Position numbers and translations under genes: made by a program. Of a DNA stretch of 63,978 nt, positions 1 through 9,844 are shown in pieces; within the stretch, counting starts at the first letter, position 1; each line of letters opens with the position of its first letter. The stretch lies in IMG/VR virus record IMGVR_UViG_3300049043_000233, positions 1 through 63,978 of that record, one strand, 5' to 3'. This stretch comes from a virus (Duplodnaviria > Caudoviricetes). The notes under the pieces were generated by a model. The model was not told the origin of the DNA and ran no database searches. It saw nothing but the letters and a program-made list of their open reading frames with translations.

Positions 1-1885
1 CCAAGGTCGTGCCCCTGCCCGACCCGGCCCGGCTGCGGGTGGCCGCGGCGCGCGAGGCCCGCGTGGCCGTGGAGAGCGGCGTGCTCAGCGCCCTGCACGT
101 GCCTGGCGCCCACGGCGACGCCGCGTGTTACCTGGGCAACGGCATCGACGTGGGCACGCGCGAGGCGGGGGTCGCCCGCACGTGGACGTGAGCTTCGACG
201 TGCAGCTCGCGGAACCGACCTGGGCGGCGTGCGGGCGGACGTGACCGACTTCGGCTTCACGCTGCACGACTTCGGCTTCACGCTGTCGGAAGGACATGAG
301 CCTGGCCGAGTGCGACGACGGCGCGCCGGATTGAAGGAGTGCCGGTACCTGTGCAGCCTCGTCGAGGCCGGCGGGGACGTGCTCGGGAACATCTACGACC
401 TGTTCCAGTCGCAGCTCGACGACCTGCTGCGGCCGGCGCTCCAGAACCTGATCGACAACGTGCTGCAACAGCTCGGCGACCAGCCGCTGGCGGTCGTGGG
501 GCGGCTGCACCTGCACCTGGCCGCCTCGCTGCTGCCGTCGCTGGCCGACGCCTGGCCCTTCGACTTCCTGCTCGCGCCGAGCGCCGGCGGCCTGGTGGTG
601 CAGGCGGGCACCGGCGGCGGTGCCGATGGCGCCGAGCTCATGCTGGACGTGGGCCTGCGCTCGGGCGAGCACCCCTGCGTGCCTGCTCGCCGGCGCGGCG
701 GAGCCGGCGTTCCAGGCCGTGCCCCGCCGGCGCTCACGGGTGTGGGCGTGGACGGCCTGCCCTATCACCTCGGCTTCAGCGTGTCGGACGCCGTGGTCAA
801 CCGGGCGACGCGGGTCGGCTATCGAGCGGGCGCGCTGTGCCTGGTGCTGGACCTGAAGACGCTGGCATCGATCCGCGCGCCGAACCTGGACTCCAGCCTG
901 CTCGACCTGGCGCTGCCGGGCCTGACGGCGCTCACGCGGGGACCGCGACCGTTCATGCTCGTTGTGGAGCTGGGATTCCAGGCCGCCGACTTCGACCTGA
1001 TCCGGTTCCGGGAGGTCGTGCGGGCCGCAGGCGACGTGCTGCCGCGTGTGGGCCTGGACGTGCACCTGCCGCACCTGGTCTGTCGTTCTACGTGATGATT
1101 GAGGAGCGGTGGGTCCGCGTGTTCTCCGTGCGGACGGACGTGGACCTGGGGCTGGAGGTCCAGACGCCGACGCCGACGCAGCTGGCCCTGGCCGCCGCGC
1201 AACCGCAGATCGGAACGCTGGAAACCGCCTACGACGAGCCCGTTGCGGGTCAGAACCTGGATGCGATGCCAGCTTCTGCTGTCCCTGGCGCAGAGCTCGC
1301 TGCTCACGGAGGGCTGGCCTTCGACCTGCCCTTCGCGGGGCTCATCGAGCAGTTCGACGGGCTGTGCATCGACGCGGCATTGTGGATTCGTCGACCGCGG
1401 GCGGGCGACACCTGACGGCCGGGCTGCGACTCGCGGACACGCTCGGCGGCCCGCAACCGCTGGTGCGCGCCGAGGTCGACACGCGGGCCACGCTCGTCGA
1501 GCAGCGCGCCGGCACAGCCGTGGTGCAGGTCGAGGCCCCGGGCACCGCGCGCCCGCTGTATCAGTGGCGCTTCTGCCGCCGGCGGGCCCTGGAGCCCGCT
1601 TTTCACCGCGGACGCCGGGCGCATCGCGCTGCAAGCCGGGCGCCTGTGGCGGACGCCGCGCAGGTCGGTGGAGATCCGCGCTGTGGACGCCGCCGACCCG
1701 GACGCCGCGCCGGACCCGAACTGCGCAGGTCGCGCTCGCTCTGGGCCCGGAGTGGTCGAGCGCCCTGCTGCTGAGCTCCCCGAGCGCCGCCGGCTGCCAG
1801 TCCGGCCCCGGTCGCGGGGGGCCCGCCTCGGCGTTGCTCCTGGCGCTCGCCGTCCTTCTGCGCGGGCGCCGGCGCCGGGCCATGA
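1..1885 (+). CDS. Large secreted protein with C-terminal MYXO-CTERM-like sorting signal (5'-partial, broken by many frameshifts)
   Basis: Coding-like segments alternate between frames (229-1095, 339-1415 and others). The C-terminus GCQSGPGRGGPASALLLALAVLLRGRRRR (~1792-1880) fits the MYXO-CTERM pattern of GC, hydrophobic helix, Arg cluster. Confidence 0.55.
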
Positions 1886-3594
1886 TGCTGGTGGCCGGGA
1901 TCCTCGGGATCAAGCGGTTGCGGCGACAACGCCAAGGCCGACCGCACGCCCTGCACGGACACCTCGGAGTGCCCCGCGGGCCTGGTCTGCCTCGATGGCT
2001 TCTGCGAGCCCGTGCCGCACTGCGCGACCTCGGAGGACCTGCTGCCCGGCCTCGGAGTGCCGGCAGGGCGTGTGCTCGCCCGCCGCGTGCACGCACCGCG
2101 GACGCCGACTGCGCGGCCCCCAGCGAGTTGCTGGACGGCCTGTGCCAGCAGCGCCCCTGCGCCGGCGCGGCCGATTGCCCCCAGGGCGTGGCCGTGGGCG
2201 GTGGTACTGCCACCCCGGCCCCCCTGGCGGCCGGTGCGTCAGCAATCAGGTCTGCTTCGCGGATTCGATGTCTGCGCGCCCGTGGACTGCGCCGCGTGCC
2301 CGCCCGGTCAGGTCAAGCTCGCGGCGAACCCCGGCGACTTCCGCGGCCCGGCCTGCCCGCTGGACGAGGCCACCTGCGAGTGCGTCACCGCCCCGCCCGT
2401 GAACAGCAACGACATCGGCCGCCACGCCAGCATGGCCATCCGCCGTGGCGCTGGTGTTCGCCGCCTGGGACGCCGACTACGGCTATCTGGTGCTCGTCGA
2501 GGGCGTGGAGCGCGGCGAACTGCGCAAGACGTGGCTGGACGGCATCCCCGAGCAGGGCGAGGTGCAGGGCGACCCGGCTGGCCCCCGCCGCGGCATCACC
2601 ACGCCGGGCCCATCGCGGCCGCTACAGCAGCCTGATGGTGGACAACAAGGGCCGGCTGGTCATGGCCGACTACGACGCCAACGAGGGCGACCTGCGCTAC
2701 CTGCGGGACGACGGCGCCGGCAACTTCATCGCGCCCATTGTGGTGGACGCGCCGGCGACGTCCGCCGCTTCGCCCGCGTGCGCACGGACAGCCGGTCGCG
2801 GGTGCACATCGTCGCCCACGCGCCGCGCACGGCGGACGGGCAGACGGGCCTGCGCTACTCCGTCTCGCCGCACGGCGATCCGCAGGGGCCCGCGGACTTC
2901 TTCAACGAGACGATCGAGAGCGTGGCGCCGAGCCTGCCGAGCACCCCGCTCGTGGGCGACCCGGCCGACGGCACGGGCATCGCGCCCTGTCTGGCCATCG
3001 GGCCCGACGACCGCGCTTACGTCGCGTTCTACAACAGCCAGACGCGCCGGCTCACGCTGGCCGTGCAGGCCGCCGCGGGCTTTGCGCTGTATTCGTCGGC
3101 ACGCTCGCGCCCGCGCTGGCCGAGGACCCGAGCGAACGCTACGTGCGCTTCGCCGAGCACGACGTGGGGCGGTACTGCGACCTGATCGTGCGCCCCGACT
3201 CGACGCTCGCGCTGGTCTTCATGGACGCGGACACGCAGGCGCTGCTGCTGTACGAAGGCCCCGTGGAGGGCGGCGGCACGCTCTCGCTGGTGGACGCCGG
3301 CACGCCAGGGCAGCGCGGTTTCCTGGGCGCGGAACTGGCCCTGGCGCTGGACGTGCTCGGCGAGCCCGTCGTCGCGTATCAGGACCAGACGCAGAACGAC
3401 CTGCGCTGGACGGCAGCGGGGGCGTTTTCCTGCCCGGTCGATCCGTCGCGACGCCGGGGGCCCTGGGGTTCTACAATGGGCTGGCGATCGTCGCCGACAA
3501 GGTCGTGCTGGGCACCGTGGAGATGCGGGCCACCGCGACGGGACGCTCCGCGCTGTCGTTCGACGTTTTCCGCCTGGACCCACCGGCCAACTGA
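1882..3594 (+). CDS. Cys-rich putative lipoprotein with beta-propeller-like C-terminal region (frameshifted)
   Basis: Re-joined frames read GCGDNAKADRTPCTDTSECPAGLVCLDGFCEP, then repeats such as DIGRHASMA / GRYSSLMVD / DVGRYCDLIV / GFYNGLAIV, ending FDVFRLDPPAN* at 3594. Confidence 0.5.
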   Translation: MMLVAGILGIKRLRRQRQGRPHALHGHLGVPRGPGLPRWLLRARAALRDLGGPAARPRSAGRACARPPRARTADADCAAPSELLDGLCQQRPCAGAADCPQGVAVGGGTATPAPLAAGASAIRSASRIRCLRARGLRRVPARSGQARGEPRRLPRPGLPAGRGHLRVRHRPAREQQRHRPPRQHGHPPWRWCSPPGTPTTAIWCSSRAWSAANCARRGWTASPSRARCRATRLAPAAASPRRAHRGRYSSLMVDNKGRLVMADYDANEGDLRYLRDDGAGNFIAPIVVDAPATSAASPACARTAGRGCTSSPTRRARRTGRRACATPSRRTAIRRGPRTSSTRRSRAWRRACRAPRSWATRPTARASRPVWPSGPTTALTSRSTTARRAGSRWPCRPPRALRCIRRHARARAGRGPERTLRALRRARRGAVLRPDRAPRLDARAGLHGRGHAGAAAVRRPRGGRRHALAGGRRHARAARFPGRGTGPGAGRARRARRRVSGPDAERPALDGSGGVFLPGRSVATPGALGFYNGLAIVADKVVLGTVEMRATATGRSALSFDVFRLDPPAN

Positions 3595-3595
3595 C

Positions 3596-4401
3596 ATGCC
3601 CTTCTACGAAGTGTCGATTCACGAGTCCGTCGCCACCGTCGAAGCCACCCCGCCGACAAGCTCAACGCGCTCGACGCCGAGGCCTGGAATACCTGGGCCC
3701 CCTGATGCGCACGCTCGACGACGACCGCAGCGTGCGCGCTATTGTGCTGCGCGGGCGCGGCCGCGGTCTTCACCGCCGGCCTGGACGTGATGGACATCAT
3801 GGGCCGCCTGCCCGTGACGCCCGGCGCCCCGCCGGACGGCGAGCGCCAGGCGCGGCTGCAGGCGATGATCCCGCATGCAGGCCGCGGTGACCTCGCTGGA
3901 GCGCGGCGCGGGTGCCCTGCTCATCGCCGCCGTTCACGGCGCGTGCATCGGCGGCGGGGTGATGATCTACGGCCTGCGACATCCGCCTGTGTGCGGCGGA
4001 CGCCCGCTTCGGCGTGCGCGAGACGCGGCTGGCCATGGTGGCCATCTCGGCACGCTGCAGCGGCTGCCGGCGCTCGTCGGTCAGGGCATCGCCCGCGAAC
4101 TGGTGTTCAGCGGCCGGGACTTCGACGCCGCCTACGCCGAGCGCATCGGCCTGGTCAACCGCGTGCTGCCGGACGCCGATGCCTTCGCCGCCGCGGCACG
4201 CGCGCTCGCCCGCGAGATTGCCGACAACCCGCCGCTCGCCGGCAGGGCGCCAAGCAAGTGCTCAACGAGGCGCAACGCGGCATCGACCGGAGTCTGGAAT
4301 ACGTGGCCACGGTGGAACGTGGCGCACCTGCTGCTCCAGGATTCGGCGTCGCCGTGACGGCGTTCGTCACCAAGCAGAAACCCGAATTCGCCGGACGCTG
4401 A
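3596..4401 (+). CDS. Enoyl-CoA hydratase/isomerase (crotonase) family protein (frameshifted)
   Basis: Crotonase motifs across frames: FTAGLD, IAAVHGACIGGG, GTLQRLPALVGQGIARELVFSGRDFDA...ERIGLVNRV, AFVTKQKPEFAGR*. Confidence 0.85.
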
Positions 4402-4417
4402 CCGACAGGAGCCGCCC

Positions 4418-4790
4418 ATGGCCCACTTCATCGACGCCACCGTCATCCCCTCCGCCAAGCCCAAAATCATCCGCGAGTTCGCGCCGTGAACACCGAGACG
4501 GACGCGATCAGCATCGCCCAGATGGAGAGCCCCTCGGGCTGGGTCGAACTGGGCCAGTGCCCGGCCTTCGACGAGTACACCGTCGTCCTGCGGGCATGCT
4601 CCGCTGTCGCTTCGAGCAGAGCCACACGGACGTTTCCACGCTGGGCAGGCCATCCTGGTGGAGGCGGGCGAGTGGGTGCAGTACAGCACCCCGGGACCCG
4701 GACGGCGCGACCTACGTGGCCGTGTGCCGCCGGCCTTCACCCCGGCGTGCGCCCAACGCGACGAGGTCGAACGGACGGGGGTCGGTTTGC
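4418..4790 (+). CDS. Cupin domain protein (frameshifted; 3' end runs into the composition break)
   Basis: MAHFIDATVIPSAKPKIIREF..VNTETDAISIAQMESPSGWVELGQCPAFDEYTVVLRG...GEWVQYSTP...GATYVAVC, typical of small EutQ-like cupins. Confidence 0.7.
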
Positions 4791-4849
4791 CCCCATTGTG
4801 CGAATCCCACATTTAGAGGTTAATTTAAGGATTGCTACAGATCAGAAGC

Positions 4850-4873
4850 GCTAATCGATTAGCAATGCTAATC
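4850..4873. repeat. Overlapping palindromes GCTAATCGATTAGC and GATTAGCAATGCTAATC
   Basis: Three alternating copies of GCTAATC/GATTAGC read directly from the sequence. Confidence 0.8.
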
Positions 4874-4925
4874 ATAGAGCAGTAGTACGCCTGTTCTAGG
4901 CAGGGTGGGGGCGGGGCACCCCTTT

Positions 4926-5000
4926 CAGAAGCGACGTAATTTTTGAATGACTTTTTTCATCTCCCCTCCAGAATCGACGCTATTTTTGAACGACTTTTTT
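4926..5000 (+). repeat. Two imperfect 32-bp direct repeats
   Basis: CAGAAGCGACGTAATTTTTGAATGACTTTTTT (4926-4957) and CAGAATCGACGCTATTTTTGAACGACTTTTTT (4969-5000). Confidence 0.8.
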
Positions 5001-5102
5001 AGTCCTGTTTACTGCGATACATTTCACGATGGGGGGAGGGGAGAGGCTAGTGCGCACTGCGCGAACGAAGTGAGCGCACTGAGATGATCGCGCATTAAAG
5101 AT

Positions 5103-5141
5103 TTACGAGCACGTTCGTAATGGTTACGAGCACGTTTGTAA
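5103..5141. repeat. Tandem 18-bp quasi-palindromic operator/iteron-like repeats
   Basis: TTACGAGCACGTTCGTAA (5103-5120) and TTACGAGCACGTTTGTAA (5124-5141), with a degenerate third copy following. Confidence 0.75.
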
Positions 5142-5675
5142 ATTGCTCGTATTGTTCGTAAAAGAAGGGGCTTGTTTCAGGAGCCGCCTTAAGCGGCGTT
5201 GCTCGTCGCCCCTTCTTCCCATTGTTCTTTTTTAAGCGCCTTCGAGAATTAAGCCCTCCCAAGAGGGCGGTAAATAAAGGCGCTTTGGCTGTTTTCTATG
5301 GTATTGCTTTTGTTTTTTTCTTGGGCTATAGCTGCGCACACTTTCAGCAGCTTTTACTAACGCTCTCGCCGGAAGAAGAAAATGAAAGGATGATTGTGAG
5401 GAGGGAGCCCAGGAACATACGCCTTGGGGGCTATTGCTCGTAGGGCTCCTGGCGAAGGTTGCTTAAAAGAAGTAGTCGAGAGGAAGGTTGTGATGAAGAG
5501 CCGCTACGGAAGGAACGCTTTGGGCTCCCTCTCGAAGCGGCTCGGGCGAAGGTTGCTGAACTGCTCGCTACCAGCCTCTCGCGACAACGTACATACGCTG
5601 CGCCATATAGCTATTGTAATACGGCCCCCACGGTAAGTGGCGGGGAATTGGAGAGGTGGTAAGATTTGAGAGCAT

Positions 5676-6341
5676 TTGGTAAACCATGCAGTGGCCAACG
5701 ACTACGACTGTCTTGATGGGAGGTTTTGTTTTGTTCAATGGGAAAAGGACCAAGGTTTTGTTTGCTGCGTGTGGCGCACGCATGTTGAGGCCCTCAAGGA
5801 AAGCCTGTTCTCCTTTTTGAGCTATTGTCCCCAGCGCTTGGTGGTGCTAAAAGTTGTCAACGTGTCACTGCAGGAAGAGTTGATTCTCACTAAAAACCTT
5901 GACAGCATTGCTCCATCGAGCCCCTTTTCCCCATGGTGGAGGCCGAATAACGCCCTGCTTCAGCAGACCATTAGAGACTTACCTTGCCATTCAAGAGAGG
6001 CTCGTTTTCACATTGGCTACTACCAAGGAAGGCTATTGTGGAGACCAGGCCAAGACAGCAGTATTAGCAAAACGGCAAGGGAAGTCATCCTCGAAACCCT
6101 TGAGAGAATGGAAAGTCCCACAGCCCCTGCATCTCTGCAGCGCCTGTCAACTATTGCGCTGCCTCGCCAAACCATTTACAACACGTTGACTCAGCTTTAC
6201 AAGGAGGGTCTCGTTTATCGCCCAAACGAAGGCCTCTATGCTCTCACGCAAAGCGGATTGGCCTTTTGCCATCGCATGACAAAGGAGGGGCATGTTTGCA
6301 AAGGTGCTCGGTCCCTTAAGCCAGGGGCGGGCTTAGACTAA
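5676..6341 (+). CDS. Hypothetical protein with C-terminal winged-helix-like DNA-binding domain
   Basis: C-terminus LQRLSTIALPRQTIYNTLTQLYKEGLVYRPNEGLYALTQSG resembles a wHTH. Start is uncertain. Confidence 0.5.
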   Translation: MVNHAVANDYDCLDGRFCFVQWEKDQGFVCCVWRTHVEALKESLFSFLSYCPQRLVVLKVVNVSLQEELILTKNLDSIAPSSPFSPWWRPNNALLQQTIRDLPCHSREARFHIGYYQGRLLWRPGQDSSISKTAREVILETLERMESPTAPASLQRLSTIALPRQTIYNTLTQLYKEGLVYRPNEGLYALTQSGLAFCHRMTKEGHVCKGARSLKPGAGLD

Positions 6342-6352
6342 TTTCCTTTCCC

Positions 6353-6595
6353 ATGGCCTACACAGACAGTCGTTGCGATCTAGTAGAAGTGAGAGAGCAA
6401 TGGAGAGTGTATGTGCCTTCTGAACGCTCTTGGGATAAGGCCGTGAGAGAGCTTGAGCAAGCCATCAGGCCAGGAAAAACAAGCTTCTATCAGGCAGGCG
6501 CTTACACAGGCAGGCAAGGGCACCAAATGGACCTCATGAGCTGGGAGTTGACAAAAGGCGAGAACCAGCTACCCTGCTTGTATCCTGACTGGTGA
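6353..6595 (+). CDS. Hypothetical protein
   Basis: 80-aa ATG ORF in a co-oriented run. Confidence 0.5.
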   Translation: MAYTDSRCDLVEVREQWRVYVPSERSWDKAVRELEQAIRPGKTSFYQAGAYTGRQGHQMDLMSWELTKGENQLPCLYPDW

Positions 6596-6637
6596 AGCCG
6601 ATCAGGACCCTCTCCTGATTGGTGAAGCCGATCAGGA
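6583..6637. repeat. Two tandem 25-bp hairpin units (30-bp period)
   Basis: TCCTGACTGGTGAAGCCGATCAGGA (6583-6607) and TCCTGATTGGTGAAGCCGATCAGGA (6613-6637), each self-complementary around TGAAG. Confidence 0.85.
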
Positions 6638-6656
6638 CTCCCTCCGCACTTTTACC

Positions 6657-7037
6657 ATGCCTTACGAAGAAGAACTATTTGCTCTTGCCATGGACTTTAG
6701 CAATGATCCCGAGCTTCACGCCTTGAAAAAGCGCTTTAGTGGATGGTCAATTTGCAAGGACCATGCCACTGCTGCTGCTTTCGGCTATCTCGCAGCCATG
6801 CGTGATGTTGAAAAAGAGAGCGAAGAAGAAGACGTTTGTGTTTTTGACCACATTTGCACAATCATGGACCGGGTTCGCGACAAGCAACTAACTTCCGAAG
6901 AAGCCACTGAGCTCTCCTTGGGCTTGGTTTACAACTGGCTCAAAGAAGCCTTCGCTGAAGAAGGCTTTGCAGGTGATATTATTGGCTGTCTCAACGAAAA
7001 GTTTGAGCCGTTTGTGAAACCAGGCGTTATTTCGTAA
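6657..7037 (+). CDS. Hypothetical protein
   Basis: 126-aa acidic ORF with ATG start. Confidence 0.65.
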   Translation: MPYEEELFALAMDFSNDPELHALKKRFSGWSICKDHATAAAFGYLAAMRDVEKESEEEDVCVFDHICTIMDRVRDKQLTSEEATELSLGLVYNWLKEAFAEEGFAGDIIGCLNEKFEPFVKPGVIS

Positions 7038-7099
7038 CGATTGCTTCACTTTCCCTCCATCGTTTTGCCCTAGTCTTACTAAAAGACTGGGGCTTTATT

Positions 7100-7288
7100 G
7101 TGTTTGACGATCTACCAGCGCCTTTCATGGCAGGAGCCATCAAACTATGGCCTGTCCATTCAAGGGCGGAGTTTCAATGGTTTTGTGCTCATGAAGGCAA
7201 GCCTTACTATTTCAAAACCAAAAACGAAGCGTTGCTTTTTGCTCGTGACCGCCAAGCCATTGATGATGCAGAATTTCTTTGTGACTAG
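7100..7288 (+). CDS. Hypothetical phage protein
   Basis: 62-aa ORF with protein-like composition between two hairpins. Confidence 0.55.
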   Translation: MFDDLPAPFMAGAIKLWPVHSRAEFQWFCAHEGKPYYFKTKNEALLFARDRQAIDDAEFLCD

Positions 7289-7327
7289 CCAGCCCCAATT
7301 TGCGCTAGCCTGCCTTTTGCCAATTGC

Positions 7328-7347
7328 AGCCCGCTAAGCGGGCTTTT
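7328..7347 (+). terminator. Rho-independent terminator-like hairpin
   Basis: AGCCCGC-TAA-GCGGGCT followed by a T-run. Confidence 0.55.
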
Positions 7348-7355
7348 GTTGTCTT

Positions 7356-8804
7356 ATGAAGCTGAAAGAACAGGCAAAGTGCGAAAAGATTGCTCGCACT
7401 GGACGAGTGCAAAGCTGGATGGATGATTTGGAAGGCAGGCTTCCGGTGAGCTGCACTGTCTTCGTGGTGGAAGATTCAATGGAAGGAAAAGATGGCATTG
7501 AAGCATCGTGGCGTTTTGTTTCTCATGGTCTTCGCAATGGTGCTGGCGTTGCAGTGCATTTGTCCGAGCTGCGAGGGAAAGGTGAAGAAAATGGTAAGGG
7601 CCTGGTGGCTAGTGGGCCAGTAAGTTTTGGCAAGATTTATTCTGCGCTCAATGAAATCTTGCGTCGTGGTGGCGTCTACAAAAACGGCGCTGTTGTGCTT
7701 CATCTTGATTACAATCATCCCGACATCATTGATTTCATCAATGCTTCCCGTCAAGAACTTCCGTGGGTGAAGAGATGCGTGAATGTTGATGAGCAATTTC
7801 TTGAACAAGCTTCTGAAGAATTGATTGAGGCCTTGCTGAAAGGCATTGCTTCGGGCGATATTTGGCTAAACAAGATTCGTTACGATCGCAATGGAAAACG
7901 CATTCGTCCAAATGTCTGCCTCGAAGTTTATCTTCCTCATCGTGGCACTTGTCTTCTTCAGCATGTCAACATGGGTGCTTGTGGCATCAATGAACTAACA
8001 AATGTTTTTGTTGAAGGCATGCGGCAGCTTTGCGAGCTTCATGCCAATACTGGCGTGGGAGACACTGGCGAATACCTTCCCCCCTCCATTGACAAACAAG
8101 TGGGATTAGGCATGCTTGGCCTTGCTAATTTCTTGGCCATCCATGGCATCTCCTATAAGGACTTTGGTGATGCCCTGGAAGCCTATCTCGACGACGACCC
8201 CCACCCTTGGTGCCATTATTGGGGTGAGAAGCCTGCTGGAAAGGCCGTAGCAGCCCTTGGTCAAGCCATTCATGCTGCCGCCAATATCGCCAAGGCCCAC
8301 AAGATGGAACGAGCCTTCTGCATTGCCCCCACGGCTTCATGCTCCTATCGCTATCTCGATTCCAAAGGCTTCACGACTGCCCCTGAAATTGCCCCTCCCA
8401 TTGGAAGGCTTGTTGATCGGGACTCTGGCACTTTTGGCGTGGAGAGTTTTGACTATGGGGAAGTGGAAATTGCCGCTGAAGTGGGCTGGAATGTTTTCTT
8501 TAAGGTGGCAAATGGCATTGTTGAACTTTACCGGCGCACTGGTCTTTTCCATGGCTATTCGTTCAACACTTGGGGAGATCTCGTCACTTACGACCGAGAG
8601 TTCCTGGAGGATTGGCTAGAATCTTCTCAGACAAGCATGTACTATTCCCTGCAGGTTCTCCCGGACATGCAAAGGAAAGACGATGCTTATGCTGCCCTAG
8701 ACGACTCCTTTAAGAGCATGTTTGGCTTCGAGGACGACGAAGTCAAGGGAGAGGCTGTCGCTTGCAATGTAGAAGCTGGTTTCTGTAGTGCATGCGCTGA
8801 ATGA
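7356..8804 (+). CDS. nrdA: Ribonucleotide reductase alpha subunit, compact cyanophage (P-SSP7/P60-like) class I type
   Basis: PVSCTVF (Cys), NVCLE (thiyl radical N-C-E), IAPTASCS, SMYY and C-terminal CSAC. No ATP cone. Confidence 0.9.
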   Translation: MKLKEQAKCEKIARTGRVQSWMDDLEGRLPVSCTVFVVEDSMEGKDGIEASWRFVSHGLRNGAGVAVHLSELRGKGEENGKGLVASGPVSFGKIYSALNEILRRGGVYKNGAVVLHLDYNHPDIIDFINASRQELPWVKRCVNVDEQFLEQASEELIEALLKGIASGDIWLNKIRYDRNGKRIRPNVCLEVYLPHRGTCLLQHVNMGACGINELTNVFVEGMRQLCELHANTGVGDTGEYLPPSIDKQVGLGMLGLANFLAIHGISYKDFGDALEAYLDDDPHPWCHYWGEKPAGKAVAALGQAIHAAANIAKAHKMERAFCIAPTASCSYRYLDSKGFTTAPEIAPPIGRLVDRDSGTFGVESFDYGEVEIAAEVGWNVFFKVANGIVELYRRTGLFHGYSFNTWGDLVTYDREFLEDWLESSQTSMYYSLQVLPDMQRKDDAYAALDDSFKSMFGFEDDEVKGEAVACNVEAGFCSACAE

Positions 8805-8875
8805 TTTTCTCTCCATAGTTCGTTTATGAGGGGAGTTATCTCCCTTTTTTATTCCTTCCCATCGCTTAATGAAAA

Positions 8876-9627
8876 ATGGTTGCTGCTGTTCAAGAATCCG
8901 CCCCGTCTCCCTATGCAAATGTTCTTGAGAAAAACGCGCATGGCAGGCCGTACCAGTGGCAAAGGGCACGGTTACGGAAGGAGCCGAGAGCACACTGTTC
9001 AAGGCCCTTGCCTTGCGCCATCTAGAGATTCCAGTGAAGGAGCTGCTCGAAGAAGGCATGCAGCGGGAACTTCCTTCCACGCCTGGCATCATCGAAGCAC
9101 TGCGTTCCAACCAAGAAGACGAAGATCGCCACCTTGAAGCGCTTGATTACGTGGCCATGGCTCACGGAACCAGTGCAAAGGCCGAGCGAGAAGTGCTCAG
9201 CATCTTGAAAGCATGGGAGGATCACCCTGCCCACCCCATCCTTAAGGCAGGCATTCTTGAGCGTTCTGTCTTTTTCGTGGCACTTCCTTTCTTCCGGCAG
9301 ACTGGTGATGTGGGCATGCGCACTGTCTCGCAAGACATTTCGAGAGATGAACGAGTTCATACAGTGATCAATGCCATGGTGAGCAAGGAGCTGGGCGAGA
9401 AAGAAAGCCAGAGCCTCGACAAGCTTCGTGCCGCCACTGTGGCATGGCTCTTCGACGACCTTGGCGCTTCCTCTAATCAATGGTTGGAGAAAGACTTCTG
9501 GCTGCGTCAGTCGCAGAGTTTGTTCTGGACTGGCAAGGCTCCCGAGATGGCTGCCACGCGCAGCAGCCGTTGTCCCGCGTTCTTCGAAAGCCCGAACACT
9601 TCGCTTCCAAATTACTCTAGGCAATAA
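8876..9627 (+). CDS. nrdB: Ribonucleotide reductase beta subunit (ferritin-like); one homopolymer frameshift near 8930
   Basis: Ligand motifs RHLEIPV, DEDRH, LERSVF, DERVH. Adding one A in GAGAAAAACGC restores an N-terminus MVAAVQESAPSPYANVLEKKRAWQAVPVAKG. Confidence 0.8.
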
Positions 9628-9844
9628 TACCTAGCGACAATGCCTCATGGTATGGGCTATAGTGACAAGCGACGGAGGGCAAGCCTCTGCTCGTCACTGG
9701 CGTCCCCATTGCCGGATGACCTTCACGCTTGCTCCATCGTCAACCCTGCGGTAGTCTCACCGTCCCGCGTTCTTTGATCGCCCTAGGGAGAACAAGACAA
9801 ACACCCCCTAAGCCTCTCAACGATGCTCAAACCTGGGGGTCACT

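Noticed and set aside
1-4800. Long overlapping Arg/Ala/Pro-rich ORFs on both strands, and apparent mass pseudogenisation
   Set aside because: These are shadow frames of very GC-rich DNA plus dense indels typical of low-coverage long-read sequence.
4926-6637. CRISPR array
   Set aside because: Only two copies of each repeat, spacers of 3-11 bp, and no cas genes.
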